This document shows, piece after piece, positions 1-13,500 of a stretch of 64,000 nucleotides of DNA (position 1 is the stretch's first letter; each line of letters starts with the position of its first letter). The notes under the pieces are model-generated. The model saw only the letters and a list, made by a program, of their open reading frames with translations, ran no database searches and was not told the origin of the DNA. The stretch is taken from the NCBI GenBank assembly GCA_047967505.1, contig CM106538.1, one strand, 5' to 3'. A program made the position numbers and the translations under genes. Source of the stretch: Dipteris shenzhenensis (Eukaryota).

Positions 1-1661
1 TACCACAGCCATGGCTATGCAGGATACGGCTCTTGTCCAGATGGGACAGCAAATTGGTCAACAGATCACATCTGCCATTGTTATGCAGGATAAGGGTAAG
101 CAGCCCATACCCCAGCACGCGGACCATTCAGACAGTCAATATGTTTTGTCTGCTCCACGCAGGGGTTTTATGGCAGATGCCCATCGTGCCTATGAGCATC
201 AATCTTCTGGACCATTGCATGTACCCCAACTTGGGGATTATCTGGACATAGATGATGCATTTTCTATGCCACAGAGCACCTTCTTGTAGGATGTCAGGCC
301 ATCTTTTGGCTCTCAGCTTTCTGCATCTATGCAGGCTGAGCTATCTTTATTGGGCCGACCCGTTGGTGTGCATCCGGCTAGTGCTCCTTTAACTGCACCA
401 ACGAGTATGCCTGAAGTTGGCTTGGGTTTATATGGCAACCCACACCCCTGGGAGAGAGGTCAGTCCTCTTCTCAGCCCTTTAGTATGCCATCATTTCGGA
501 GAGATGCATTTGGCAAAGAGACCCAACCCAGGGTTCATGCACCTATCGCTCCGCCAACAAGCACATATAGCCAGACACAGCCAGTGCATCAAATGGAAGT
601 GGCTTCTACGCAGCAAGGGGTTGGTGGTGGGCAGCAAGCCACTTTTGATGACATGTTGGCAGATTCTTTGCGTTCATACAGGGCCCTACCTGAGGCCATC
701 AAACTTGAGATGCCCTTCTCCAATTATGTGAAGCTCAAGCGTGATGATGCTTGCACTTTTGGAAGTTACACACACAAGAATTATGCAGCCCAGGATATCA
801 AGGACAAACTCATAGTGCATAAGTTTAAAGGGGACACTCGCACTCCCAATGAGTTGGAGGAGTGGCTCACGAAGCAGGAAGACTATTTCCACTTCTACCC
901 CAAGTCTGAGGAGGAGCGCATCATTTTTGTAGGTATGCATATGCAAGACTATGCCCACACATGGTGGCGATACATGAGGGATTCGCCTCAGAAACCAATC
1001 ACTTGGAGGGGTTTCAAAGAATTGATGGTCACTACATTTGTATCTCCACTTATATTGGATCAATACTTGGCTGAATTTTATGCCTTGTCACAGACCGGTA
1101 CGGTCCTAGAGTACTTGCAACGCTTTTGGAGGCTTTCCCTGTTTGTGCAGGACGTATCTGAAAAGGTAAAGCTGTTGCGTTTCATCCATGGGTTAATTCT
1201 TCTCTCACTGCAGATGTGAAGGCACATAACCCTCAAACAATTGAGAGGGCAGCTCAGCTTGCAGAAGTATTCGAGCCTAAATATGCTGGCAAGCACAGAA
1301 ATGCCATGGGCAGCTCGCATGCTACGGGGTATGACGCTGAGTCGAAGCCTAAGTTTGCTGAGTGGACTGACAAGAAATCTGCAGCAGCACCATTTCCTCG
1401 CTTTCCTACTGTCTTGGGTAGTAAGATGCCATATGCCAGGCCTTACAGGTATCCTAATGCCAAGCCTGGAGGCAAGCCTACTGCTGGAAATGAGCAGGCT
1501 GAGATAAAACAGCATACACGGGCAATAATAGACAGCAGAAAGAAGGCCAACTTATGTTTTAAATGTGGCGAGAAATGGACTCCTAAGCACAGGAATGTGT
1601 GCAAGATGCGCAACAATGGTACTGCCAAGCTCAGCATGATCAGTGACCTCTCAAATGACGA
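1..1661 (+). mobile_element. Ty3/gypsy element A, gag part (decayed), interrupted by element B
   Basis: ORFs 329-1219 and 1216-1677: retrotransposon gag (WWR..ITWRGFKELM, FIHGL) and zinc knuckle CFKCGEKWTPKHRNVC; pol resumes at 14637. Confidence 0.85.
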
Positions 1662-2081
1662 GGTACGGACCAGTTAGAGGTCTTCGCTATTTTGGGCGCT
1701 TGGGGCCCGAGTCTATACAAGGGGCCCAGGGGTTCAGTTCTCAGAGAGCCAATGGGAGCAAGTTTCGTTCCCAGGTGCTAGGTCTGATCCTGGATTGAGT
1801 CGCGGACGCGCGCCTGCATCATAGCATAGCCCAAGGCCCAGCAGCAGATCCCAGGCTTCACAGCGCCACCTGGTGGTATGGGACACCAGGCTGGTTAGGA
1901 TCTGGTTGGGAGTTCATGCCAGTAGCTCAACTCATGGCTCGGAGGGGACATCTCCTAATTCGGGATCACATCCCGTAGATGTCATGGTTGGGTGGTAAGC
2001 AGCCTGCTCAGTTTCCTCACGTTGTGTGTGTTCTTGTGTTTGCTTGCAGATCAAAGGTTTCAGGAGTGCTGGGACGTGTCA
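1662..2081 (+). repeat. 5' LTR of B (first ~110 bp missing)
   Basis: Matches 14217-14636 with about 20 differences; ends TGTCA before PBS. Confidence 0.92.
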
Positions 2082-2927
2082 GTTGGTATCAGAGCCAACT
2101 CCTGAGGTAGGAACTTCTGTTGCGAAAATTTTGGATGATTCTTTCTCCAGGTATGCCCTAATTTCGAAATTCGTGCTCAAACCCTGCAAGTGTCTGTTGG
2201 TTCATCGCTTAAGGGAAGTGGTATTAGATTGGGATAGAAGGAACGAGAGAGGGAGAGTGCAAGGTGATTTCGTTGCAAGAAGTGACAGGTTGAGAGAGAG
2301 GGAGAGAGGTGTAGTTAAGAGGAAGTAGTGGGGTCCAGGTAGAGGCGTCAAAAGGGAGTCAGGAGAGAGCGTAGAGTTGGGGCGAACCAAAGGGGATCCC
2401 GCATGTCGGCTGGCTGCTCAGGCGTTGTGATGGTAGGTAGAAGGGGAGCATAGGAAGGTGTGCAACAGGATAGGGCTAGATCGTAATCTAGGCCAGTTGC
2501 TTTTCGGGGGGGCCTGGGGCTTTAAAAAGCGCTACCCCTCCATTTTTTGGAGGGTGAGCTTTTTGAAAAGCAGGGCTTTACTAAAAGCCTGCTCTCCCGC
2601 TATTAGTACGGCCCAATTGCCTTCTCCCATAGCCTGTAAATTGCGCAGAATTCCAGCCCCTCTACACCTTCACGCCCGGGAGCCAGAACACTTGTACGGC
2701 TTGCTACAGTCCTTCGTACGGACAGCCAGGAGCGGAGTCCCACGTTCCAGAATCTGAGCTGAATCGTCAGCTCAGCTCAGCCAGCTTACCTTCTTCATCA
2801 ACCAGCTTTCCCTTCTTCCATCGCCTCCTTCTTGGCCAGCTTTCACTTCGTTTCTACCTCCTAGCTCCGAGGCCACCTGCTTGTTTCTCTTCTCTAGCCT
2901 ATCTTCTTTTCAGATCAGATTTCAGCC

Positions 2928-3711
2928 ATGGCTAATTCTGTAAACCCTGAGCTTGCGATGGGAGACCAGGATTTGAACTACCATGCGGAGGATGATCAGG
3001 GTCTCTATGATGATCTGATTACGAAAAAAGCCTTTAGTGAATTCACCACTGCTCTTGATGGAAAGTTTGAGCAAGTTAACACGAATCAAACGGGGTTGAC
3101 ACAGCAACTCCAAGGGATTCAGACTACACTCACACTTTTGACTAGCACTGTTCAGGCGCTCACGCATGTGGATGCCATGGCTTCAGTGTTAGGTCCGAAC
3201 ATCACTCCAGATCATTTTCCCGGAGACCAGAAGTCTCGTACCAAGGAGGTTGTTGACACTTGGTTGCACAAGTGGCAAGTACACTTCCAGTCTCACCCTT
3301 ATCCAGATGACAAGAAAATACAGCTTGCAGCCAGGTTTATGTCATGAAAGGCTTTATTGTGGTGGAAGGAACTCCAACCCAAGCCTGCAACATGGATAGA
3401 ATTCAAAGGGGTCTTCAGGAAAGAGTTTCTGAAAAAGGAGGAAGATAACGATATCGTACGCAAGCTCAAAGCCCTCGATATGTCCAAGCTGAATTTGACT
3501 TTTGAGGTTTATCTTCAAAGGTTTCGAGATTTGCAGACCAGAGCTACAAAGATGGATCCAGTGACCTTGTTAGGTTTCTTTGTGGATGGTTTGCCTGACT
3601 CGTACAAGTTACAGATCAAGAACAACAAGTGTACCACGTTACAAGAGGCCATGAATTACGTGCGCATTTATGATGATACCATGGCCAGCGCAAAGGGAAC
3701 CACAGTTGCCG
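2928..3711 (+). pseudogene. gag of B, N-terminal part (internal stop at 3345)
   Basis: ORFs 2928-3347 and 3357-; WWKELQ..TWIEFKGVF, FVDGLP; zinc knuckle CFFCEERSH continues after 10376. Confidence 0.85.
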
Positions 3712-4243
3712 ACACGGGTGGGAAGAATTCGAAATCTAGAGACTCAACTTGCGAACGAGAAACTGTCTGAGTCTGAAGCGACAGAGAAGTTCATCACCAG
3801 GGTGAAAAATCTGCGCGATCAGATGACTACGATTGGTATCACCATCACCAGCGAGAATCTAGCACGAAGGTGCATACGGATCCTCCCACCAAAGTACGAC
3901 GGTCTTGTTACGGCGCTGAATACGCAAAATAGAAATCCATCCCTCAACTTTGAGGATTTCAGCGCAATGCTTCTAGAGGAGGAGATGCGTCAAAAGACGA
4001 GGACTGGAGAAGATTCGGCTTTCTGAACTGGATCAAAGAAAGGTAAGGGTAAGGACTCTGGTAACCCATCTTCTTCTGATGATAAAAAGAGAAGGAAGAA
4101 GATCAAGTGCTTCTATTGCAACAAGGCAGGGCACAAGCAGAAGTAGAGCTATTCGTAGCAATTGAGGAGATTTGCATGGAGGCAGTTCATGTACCTGCGG
4201 ATGAACCTTGGATTATTGACAGTGGTGCATCGCGCCACATGAT
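3712..4243 (+). mobile_element. LTR-less Ty1/copia gag-protease fragment, left part
   Basis: UBN2-like gag (LPPKYDGLVTAL..LLEEE), CFYCNKAGH knuckle, protease WIIDSGASRHM; left boundary approximate. Confidence 0.85.
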
Positions 4244-4934
4244 TGTTGAAAATGGGGAGAGGGTGAGAGACACTCATCACATGATTGGAGACAAGAGTTG
4301 AGTCACAATAGCCGATGTTGATAGATGGTTGAATCGTAGCAAGTACATGGCCTCATTTATAGGCTGGGCAAGCCTTATCTTCCCACACTGACACCTCATA
4401 GATGAGGTCACACACAAGAGAATCTAGATCCTATAATTTAGGGGAGGAATCACACCTACCACATGAGGTGGCACAAGTGGCCTCAAGACTCTTCACACTC
4501 ACACAACTGTAGGACACTCCTAGGACTCTAGGACCACACATACTAGGACTCCGATAGTTCCAACAAACCCCCCTTCGGAGCTAGGGTGAGAAACTATGAC
4601 ATCATCCAGACTGTGCATCCCAGGCAATCTCAGAGGCTAACAACTGAGCATAATTCAGAGGTTGAACCAAGCACTCTCATGGCTTAGGTGTCAACGAGAT
4701 CAGAGACTCAAATCTGAGCATGGATGCATGACCAACTCATAGGTCTAGGGAGTACACCAACATCCTTAAACTCGGCCAGGCCTGATAAAGGAAAGACATA
4801 ACAACCCCCCTGTTTCCTAACTGGGTACATGGGAATAAGTGGAGCCTTTTATAGGACAAGGCACACAAAATGACAAATTATTACATCATTTTAGGGGGAC
4901 TACCCAAGGCAGAGTACCTAACACACACACGATT

Positions 4935-5806
4935 CTAGAAAGCCCACTCTTCATCTATCACCTCATGGAGGGATAGACCAAAAACAACAACAGTGCAGGC
5001 TTGTTCCTCAGGTCCACAAGGTGTAGCTTCATCGTCTTCGTCCTCGCTCTGCTCCGCAACCAGATTGGCATGTTCTTTGGCTTGTACCTTTGCCATCTTC
5101 TTGAAGCAACGATCCTCTGGATGGCCAGGCCAAGCTTCTGACAGTAATTACATTTAAGAGGTTTTCCTTTCTTCTTGGGCTTATTCTTGAGAAAGAATGC
5201 TTTATCACGTTCAAAAGAAGATTCTGCTTTCTCTGTAAGCCTACGGTCCTCATCAATGAGATGAGCTACCATATCCTTAAAGCTCATATTGCGGCTGACT
5301 CTCAGGACAGCAAGGATCTCACTGTACTTGGAAATGTCTTCAATACTTGAGAGAAGTACAGCAACTTGATCATCATCTTCAACAATGGCTCGGATGGCAG
5401 ATAATTGTTGGAGAATTGACCCAAGATTGCTCAAGTGTTCATTGAGGGTTTCAGTTTCCTTCATCTTGAGCTTGAAGAGTTTTTGTTTGAGAAAGACTTT
5501 GGAATTATTAATCTTATTTCCAAACAAATTCTCTAATTTTTCCCAAACGTCATTTGAAGTCTTATCAAAATCCACATGGTGGATAAAGTTGTCAGCTAAA
5601 GCTAGGCCAATGATAGCCATTGCTTTATCATTTTGGTTCTCCCACCAACTGATTCTAGCATCATCACTTTGGGGTTTTGGCTCCTTGCCATTGGTGATAT
5701 TCCATATGCCTTCTCGCAAAAGAAGAAGCCGGAGTTTCGTCTGCCAAGTTGGGAAATTGTTCCCTGAGAATTTCTCGATGAACGAGGAGAATTTTATGCT
5801 ATCCAT
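4935..5806 (-). pseudogene. copia-type gag of D (5-bp duplication frameshift at 5123-5132)
   Basis: IEKFSGNNFPTW..; removing the duplicated TGGCC restores CNYCQKLGHPEDRC and a C-terminus ..EEWAF*. Confidence 0.88.
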
Positions 5807-6794
5807 TGGTGGGAAGGTCTTAGCTGTTATTACAGCCAGTGTCTAAATCCCTTACAATGTTTACTCCAAAAAACCAAAAAAAAAGGCACAGAGGAGACCT
5901 CAGATTATCAAGAAAGAATGCTGATTTCAGCCTTCAGAAGCATAACTCCAGGAATGGAATTGGAAGACATGGAGCTATACTAGATACATGCTTCGACAGT
6001 AGCTTAAAAACAGCAATTTTCATGTCATACCATGTGAGCCATCCTGTCCGGACTGAAACTTGCAGCAGCACCTTCTTCAGTTCACGGTCAGCTGTTGGAA
6101 ACAGTGCGCCCCTTTGCTGAATTAAAGGCGATGAAGAGGGCTGGAGAAGACGAACAGGAGCAGATTTGACTGTGGCGTCTTCAGAAAGCATGGCATGGCG
6201 ACAGTTCCAAGATGGCGTGAAGAGGCACTTTGATGCAGTTTTGGCGGCCGGGTGAGACCGTGACGTGTGAGTCGATGGCCACGGCCTTCACAAGGTCATC
6301 AGTCGCCGGTGCATGCGAGACGCCGCCAAATCATCGCACTTATTACAAGACACAGATCACGACACCTTCGCAGGAGCTGTCACAGGTCATTTCATCCCGC
6401 AAGCAGCACACAATTTGATCTAGACCACAAGTGAACCCACGAACTGAAAGAACAAATCTGCAATTTCTGCCTTCGTGCTGCTGCCTGAGAGAGATCTCAG
6501 ATCGTGGACAGAGATCCCAAAAGAATAAGCAAAATGTTGTTGGAGAACTGGTGGCGAGTCACACCACGATCATCCTGGCGAGTTTGCATAGTGAGGGGGC
6601 GTCCGCTCGTCAAGCAGCAAACAGCATCAGACCATCACGCCATCCTTTTCGAGTATGGTGTCCAGATTAGTTCAAGTCGGCAGGGAATGGCGGGCTGTAT
6701 TGCTGATCATGAGCAAAAAATTGAGGACGGGTAGAGCAAAGGCTTTCAGGCGATTCCTTATACAATGTTGATAGTAGAGATTAGCGCAGGTAAG

Positions 6795-9431
6795 TGTTGG
6801 TAAACTGAAAGGAAAGAGTAGAGTGGACACAAATTCAGAATACTTGCATATAGAATGAAGAAGAGTGAGGTCCTTACGTAGGCACCTCTTACATGCTCAC
6901 TGACATCACTGATGACTTCAGAGCTCCACAATCATCTCCTCAATCTGCTCCTAGATTCTCTCAATCATCCTATGTGGCTTACCACCACCTAACTGTGCTT
7001 ATGGGCACCTAACTGTGCCTCTAGCACTCACACATAGAAACCAAGGTGTGCCTGAGGCATACACCTTGATATATCCCAACAAACCCCCCCTCAAGGGAAT
7101 GCCTCAGGCTACGTCAAGGATACAGCTAGCACAAGGTGTCTCATGCCATCTCATGGTGGTCATGGATCTATCAATGGCTAGGATCTCAAGCTAGCAAGGG
7201 TTCCCATGGGTGTAAGGTAAACAAAAGGGATACAAAAAGACCTTCGAATGGTTATTTCCCCTGTATGTACATGCACACAATGTCTGCAGGAGGTACCATG
7301 GAGCAAAACAGATACACATGGCCTACATCATAAGGTGACCAGAGGTGTTTACAAAACACACAAAACACAATAGTTTATTTCATTCATTTTGGAGGACTAT
7401 CCAGGCTGAGTACCTTGACTCAACATAAAAAGAGAGATCTGGAGCATACATAGAGATGATTTAAAATGCATAATCTTCAAAGGATGCCTCATCTTGTGGA
7501 GGCACATCAACTGAAAGTAGATTAGCATTTTCTGTCTTTGCTTTGGCTTTGCAAAACTTCTCATGATGATTGTTTTTGCCACAGTGTTTGCATGGATTGA
7601 TTTTGAAGCAGTCCTTTGAAAGGTGATTTGTCTTCCCACAATGATTGCAAGGTGAAAACTTGCCCTTCTGGATTTTTATAGCATAAGCTGTGTCATTGCC
7701 TTTCCTGAGCTCCATGTGCCTTTCTTCTTCTTGGAGAGCACAGATAATACCTTCAAGATTAGGATTAGGAAGATTTTTCAAAGTGGTAACAATATGATCA
7801 TAATCTTTAGGCATACTCTTAAGCAACACTGCCATAGCATCATCTGTAGTGATAGGAGAGTTTATAGAAGCAAGTTGAGTCATAAGACTCCGCATGTAAT
7901 TGACATGGGCTGCAAAGTGCCACTAACCATCTTCAATTCAAAGAAAGAGATTTTAAGTGATAATTTTGAGATGTGAGAGCTAGCACCAAAAATCATGTCA
8001 AGCTTCTGCCAAGCTTCTGAAGGAGACTCTAAGTTAGAGATGTGATGAATATAATCATCTCCTAAAGCAAGAGCAATGATACCATATGCTTTCTCCTCTC
8101 TAGCAGGATCCCTTGCAGGGAGTGTCAGAGCTGAGGATTCTCCAGCATTGGAGGCTGTAGAAGAAGAAGTTGAAGTCGGTTTGACAAGTCCCCAGAGGTT
8201 TTTCCTCATCAATGCAAATTTCACCTTCATCTGCCATGTGTGGAAGCCCTTTCCATTGAACTTATCTATATTCAATATGGTAGCCATGAGAGGGTCTAAC
8301 CCAGGTATTGGGCAGTGTCTTCTCTCTTACAAGGCTAGAATAACAACTGAAAGGCTTCCAAATATAAGCATTTAATGTAGCAAAGACTAGTGACCAAAAT
8401 ACAATCAATAATGCTTTTTCTTACATGCTTCATAGAGGTGGCTAAAATGAAAGCTTTCCAATCAAAACCAGATATAGCAACTCAAAGCAAAGCTGAAGCC
8501 ACAGTTGTACTGATGTTATTGAAAACTTCAAAAACTCAGAAATGCTAGAGTAGCATCTTATGTAGCATCACTTTCAAAAACTTGTCAAAACTGTCAAAAT
8601 CAAAAGACTGAACTTGGAGGGCTTGAATCTCACTCTCCAGAGCAAAGAAAAAGGGGGTTTCTGAGGCAAAAGAAAGCTTATATACCACAGAAGGTCCACT
8701 GAGGAGAAGCAGTGCAAAATCGCGTCAGGGCGCCATAGCTTGGCTCTCCATTTTCGACTGGTTTTTCTCTGTTTTCAGCTTGAATATGCAGCCATTGCTG
8801 CTCAGATTTCAGCACAGGATAGCTCTAGGTATGGAGAAGCTCCCTCTGAAAGGAATTAGAGAAGCATGGAGCATTCTCAGAGAAAACGCAGGAAGAAGGG
8901 TCGACGATCTGCGTGAAATGGCGACGAGCAGAGGCAGTGATTCTTCAATTCCTTGCAGCCAGGGGTTCGCCCCTTCAAGGTGTATCTCCAGCAGGAAGGG
9001 CGTGGAGAATGGCAGAGAAACGGAGGAGAACAGGCTTAAGCAAGTTTTGGGAAGAAGAGGAAGAGATGGTGAAGAAGAAGATGGAGAAGAAGATGATGAT
9101 GTGGCAGAAATGGAATCAAGGGGGATTAAATGGCTCTGATACCATGTTGGTAAACTGAAAGGAAAGAGTAGAGTGGACACAAATTCAGAATACTTGCATA
9201 TAGAATGAAGAAGAGTGAGGTCCTTATGTAGGCACCTCTTACATGCTCACTGACATCACTGATGACTTCAGAGCTCCACAATCATCTCCTCAATCTGCTC
9301 CTAGATTCTCTCAATCATCCTATGTGGCTTACCACCACCTAACTGTGCTTATGGGCACCTAACTGTGCCTCTAGCACTCACACATAGAAACCAAGGTGTG
9401 CCTAAGGCATACACCTTGATATATCCCAACA
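6795..9431 (-). mobile_element. gag-only (TR-GAG-like) copia-type LTR element E, youngest insertion
   Basis: 287-bp LTRs 6795-7081 / 9145-9431 with 2 mismatches, perfect TSD GTAAG, PBS 9132-9144, PPT 7082-7091. Confidence 0.95.
7461..8287 (-). pseudogene. copia-type gag of E (one frameshift near 7915)
   Basis: IDKFNGKGFHTWQMKV..; two CCHC knuckles CNHCGKTNHLSKDC and CKHCGKNNHHEKFC; ends EDYAF*. Confidence 0.88.
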
Positions 9432-10012
9432 GTAAGTTCTGACGAACGGGTAGCGGCAAACAGGGCAGCGCAGATGATCAGTGCAGGACCACATCAACAC
9501 ACAGCGCAGGTAGAGTTTCGGGCAGCAGCAAAAGTCACGATCAGCATCAGATCGTCAGTCGAACAGTAGATGTTGAGTAGCAAATGGCAAAGATCTCAGA
9601 TTGTCAAAGTAGCGCTTGTTGATGACGACCCAAAGACAGCCACTGTAGGTAATGGTGGCAGCTACAGCTCCAGGAGAGGGAGTGCAGGAGCTAGCCTCTC
9701 CATAGCTCTGATACCATTTGTTGAAAATGGGAAGAGGGTGAGAGACACTCATCACATGATTGGAGACAAGAGCTGAGGCACAATAGCCGATGTTGATAGA
9801 TGGTTGAATCGTAGCAAGTACATGGCCTCATTTATAGGCTGGGCAAGCCTTATCTTCCCACACTGACATCTCATAGATGAGGTCACACACAAGAGAATCT
9901 AGATCCTATAATTTAGGGGAGAAATCACACCTACCACATGAGGTGGCACAAGTGGCCTCAAGACTCTTCACACTCACACAACTGTAGGACACTCTAGGAC
10001 TCTAGGACCACA

Positions 10013-10376
10013 ATGACCAATCGGAAGGATTGGTATACCTCTCTACAGCCGGTAGGGAATGCCAACCTGGTAACAATCAGTAATGATGCAAAATGTCCAG
10101 CAAAAGGAAAAGGTACGATTGCTCTCAAGTCAGATGGAGTTGTAAAACAGTTGTCCGATGTTCTTTATGTGCCAGATATCAAGAGGAACTTGTTGTCCGT
10201 TTCTGCGATCACGGATCGGGACCTCAAAGTTCAATTCGATAAGAATGGCGCACAGATTTTGGATCTTCAAGGGAAGGTCGTTGGTAAAGGTACATGGCGC
10301 AACAACATCTACGAACTCTCATCTTTCAGTGCTCGAGCTGATGTGAGCAACACTAAGCTATGGCATGAGAGGTTTG
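10013..10376 (+). mobile_element. LTR-less copia fragment, right part (protease to GAG-pre-integrase)
   Basis: Continues SRH|MTNRKDW..VLYVPDIKRNLLSVS..LWHERF across D, then switches back to gypsy gag. Confidence 0.88.
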
Positions 10377-10583
10377 TTCCCAGGGAAGTTCTTCCAGTCT
10401 ACCACTGGTACCGGGGAGTCGAAGTCTATAGACAACGCCTCCAAGAAACATTTGATTCAGGCGAAGAATGGTCGTGCCCGTTTCCTTCGTACCTTGAAGC
10501 TAAAGAAGGAAGGACGTTGCTTCTTCTGCGAGGAGCGGAGCCACACTAAGAATGATAGTCCTAAGCGCAAGAACTAGAAGCAA

Positions 10584-13500
10584 GTGCCGGGATTGAAGCT
10601 CCAGTCGGGTCCGGGTACCAAAGCTAAGGGAGCTAATCAAGTTTCGATGACAAGTATTTCTATAAATGTCATTACCTGCCCACTTTCTTGTAATTGCACT
10701 TTTAATACTTCGTTATTTGGTTCCCATTATCTTTTCCGAGTTTATGGAGAAGTTAGGGACCAAAGAGTTCACATTCTTTTTTACCCGGGCAGGTCTCACA
10801 ACTTTGTTGATTACAAACTTGTGCAGAAGATAAGGCTGTCCACGATACCTAGCGATCACACCTATGAGGTGTAGCTTCCAGCTGGGAAGCAATTTTGGGA
10901 TCGCAAGATTGAAGCCCTTTCTATCCGGATTCAAGGATACACAGCGGCTCTTACGTGCTATGTCATGCACTTGGAGCATGTGGACTTGTTAATCAGAATA
11001 GAGTGGTTTAAAACCCATGATATGGAAGGAACATACTCTTTTTTTTTTTTAAGGACACCCAATTTTGTATCCAGTGTGATAATATTCCCTCTTCTCAGGG
11101 ACCTATTGTATCTGCGATGCAGCTTCGGAATATATTAAACACTTCTCATTATGATGTCTATCAGTGTGTTTTGATTCCGCTTTCTTCATTTGTTATCTCT
11201 GTTAATAACAAGAATGATTTAAGTATGTTTGAATTGAGAATGTTGTTAGATGATTTCATGGATATATTCCCTGCTCAATTGCCGGAAGGTTTACCTCCAG
11301 AACGGGCAGTAGACCATCACATAGATTTAGTACCTGGGGCTCAACCTATTAATGTTCCACCTTATAGGATGAGCCAGCTTGAGGAGGATGAGTTAGCTTC
11401 ACAGCTACAGGATTACTTGAATATGGGTTATATTCGCCCGAGTAAATCACCTTGGGGAGCACCTGTCCTCCTAAGAAAGAAGAAAGATTCTACATGGAGA
11501 ATGTGTATAGATTAAAAACGATTGAATAAAGTGACAATTAAGAATCGATACCCTCTACCTCGTTCCGATGATCTAATAGACCGTTTGGCTAGAGCGAAGT
11601 ATTTCACTAAGATTTATTTGCGTACGGGTTATCACCAAATCCGTATCTATGCTAAACACATAGATAGAACCGCATTCTGAACTAGGTATGGCCACTACGA
11701 GTTTCTTGTATTACCTTTTGGTTTGACCAATGCTCCTGCCACCTTCCAGCAAATGATGAACGATTGGTTCCGAGATTTTCTGGGCAAATTTGTTGTAGTG
11801 TTCTTAGATGACATCTTGGTATATAGCCGAACGCTAGAGGATCACATAGGACACCTCCGGATTGTCTTAGTTATTCTGAGACTGCATAAGCTCTATGCCA
11901 AGATGAGTAAATGTGACTTCTTTATGAAGGAGATCATTTATTTAGGACACAAGATTTCTTCTGAAGGTATTAGCATTGATCTGGATCGTATCCAGAAAGT
12001 TTTAGAATGGCCTATCTCTCAGACTGTGAAACAACTTCGTTCTTTCCTAGGATTTACGGTATTTCTACGGAAGTCTGTGCGTGATTATTCACACATCACG
12101 GCACCCCTGACAAACATATTGAAAGGTCGTGGACGCAGGTCTACCCAACCGATCTCTTGGAATGACGCATTGAACAAGACTTTTGAAACCTTGAAGTTAA
12201 CTATCAAGGAAGCACCCGTTCTTGCATTACCCGATCCTACCTGGCCTTATGTTTTAGAGGCCGATGCGAGTGATTTTGCGATTGGGGCAGCTTTATTCCA
12301 AGAGGGCAAACCTATAGCTTTTGAGAGTAAGAAGCTAGACGACACCCAATATCGTTGGCCCACACTAGAAAAAGAACTCTATGCAGTCGTGTATGCACTG
12401 AAGGTTTGGAGACACTACTTGTATGGTTCGAAGTTTCTTGTATTGACCGATCATCAGTCAATCAAGTATGTGTGTGTTGGGTCTGACTTGAGGGGACGGA
12501 AAGCTAGATGGGCAGAATTAATGCAAGATTTTGATTTTGAAATACCTTATCGCAAGGGTTCGTTGAATAGTGTGGCGGATGCCTTAAGTCGAGTCAAGTT
12601 TGTAAATGCTATGTCATTTACGGAAATATCCTCAGACCTATTTCAATCCTTGAAAGGGCTTTGCACAACTCATAGTCATTTCAATTCTTATTGGCAGAAA
12701 GTCCAGGATGGGAGCTCCATGGTTGACCAAGACTCAGGGATTGTGCCACCTACCGTACAGGCGGCGGGAGGTCAGTGGATGATTAGGAGCGGCTTGCTGT
12801 TCCGGAATGGAAAGATTTGTGTGCCACATGTTTTGGAACTTCCATCCAAGATTCTCTCAGGGAGTGTCATGATGCTCCTAGTGCTGGACATCCGGGTATA
12901 CATCGGACTCTATCTCTTGTGAAGCATACCTTTTATTGGCCTAAGATGCGTGCATTTATTGAAAACTATGTGGTAGGTTGCCGGGTTTGTCAGGTTACTA
13001 AGGCAGAACGCCTTAGAAGCGTGGGTTTATTACAGCCATTGCAAATTCCAAATAATAAATGGGAAAGTATTTCCATGGATTTTATTACTGGTTTGCCTCG
13101 AATGCGCAAGGGTCATGACTCCATTTGGGTCATAGAACAACTATTTCAGCCGTTCAGCTGGCTCACGAGTTTGTGGACCACTTGTTTAAGCTGTATGGTT
13201 TGCCCTCTGACATAGTCAGTGACAGGGACTCAAAGTTTACAAGTAACTTTTGGACACTTGTTTTTGAGAAGTTAGAAACTACTCTAAGTATGAGTTCCTC
13301 AGATCATGCACAATCCGATGGTAGTACAGAGAAGGTCAACCAATTGGTTGAAGATATGCTTCGGGCATATGTTTCTAAGAGACAGTCTTCATGGGAAGAT
13401 TATCTACCTATGATCGAATTTGCTTATAACAGTGCAAAGCATTCGAGTACTGGTTACAGTCCTTTTATGCTTATGTACAGGTTTCAACCTAAGTCACCAG

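Larger units (their letters stand above)
4244..10012 (-). mobile_element. gag-only (TR-GAG-like) copia-type LTR element D
   Basis: LTRs 4244-4565 and 9719-10012, PBS 9705-9716, PPT 4566-4575, TSD ATGAT/ATGAC, gag but no pol. Confidence 0.92.
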
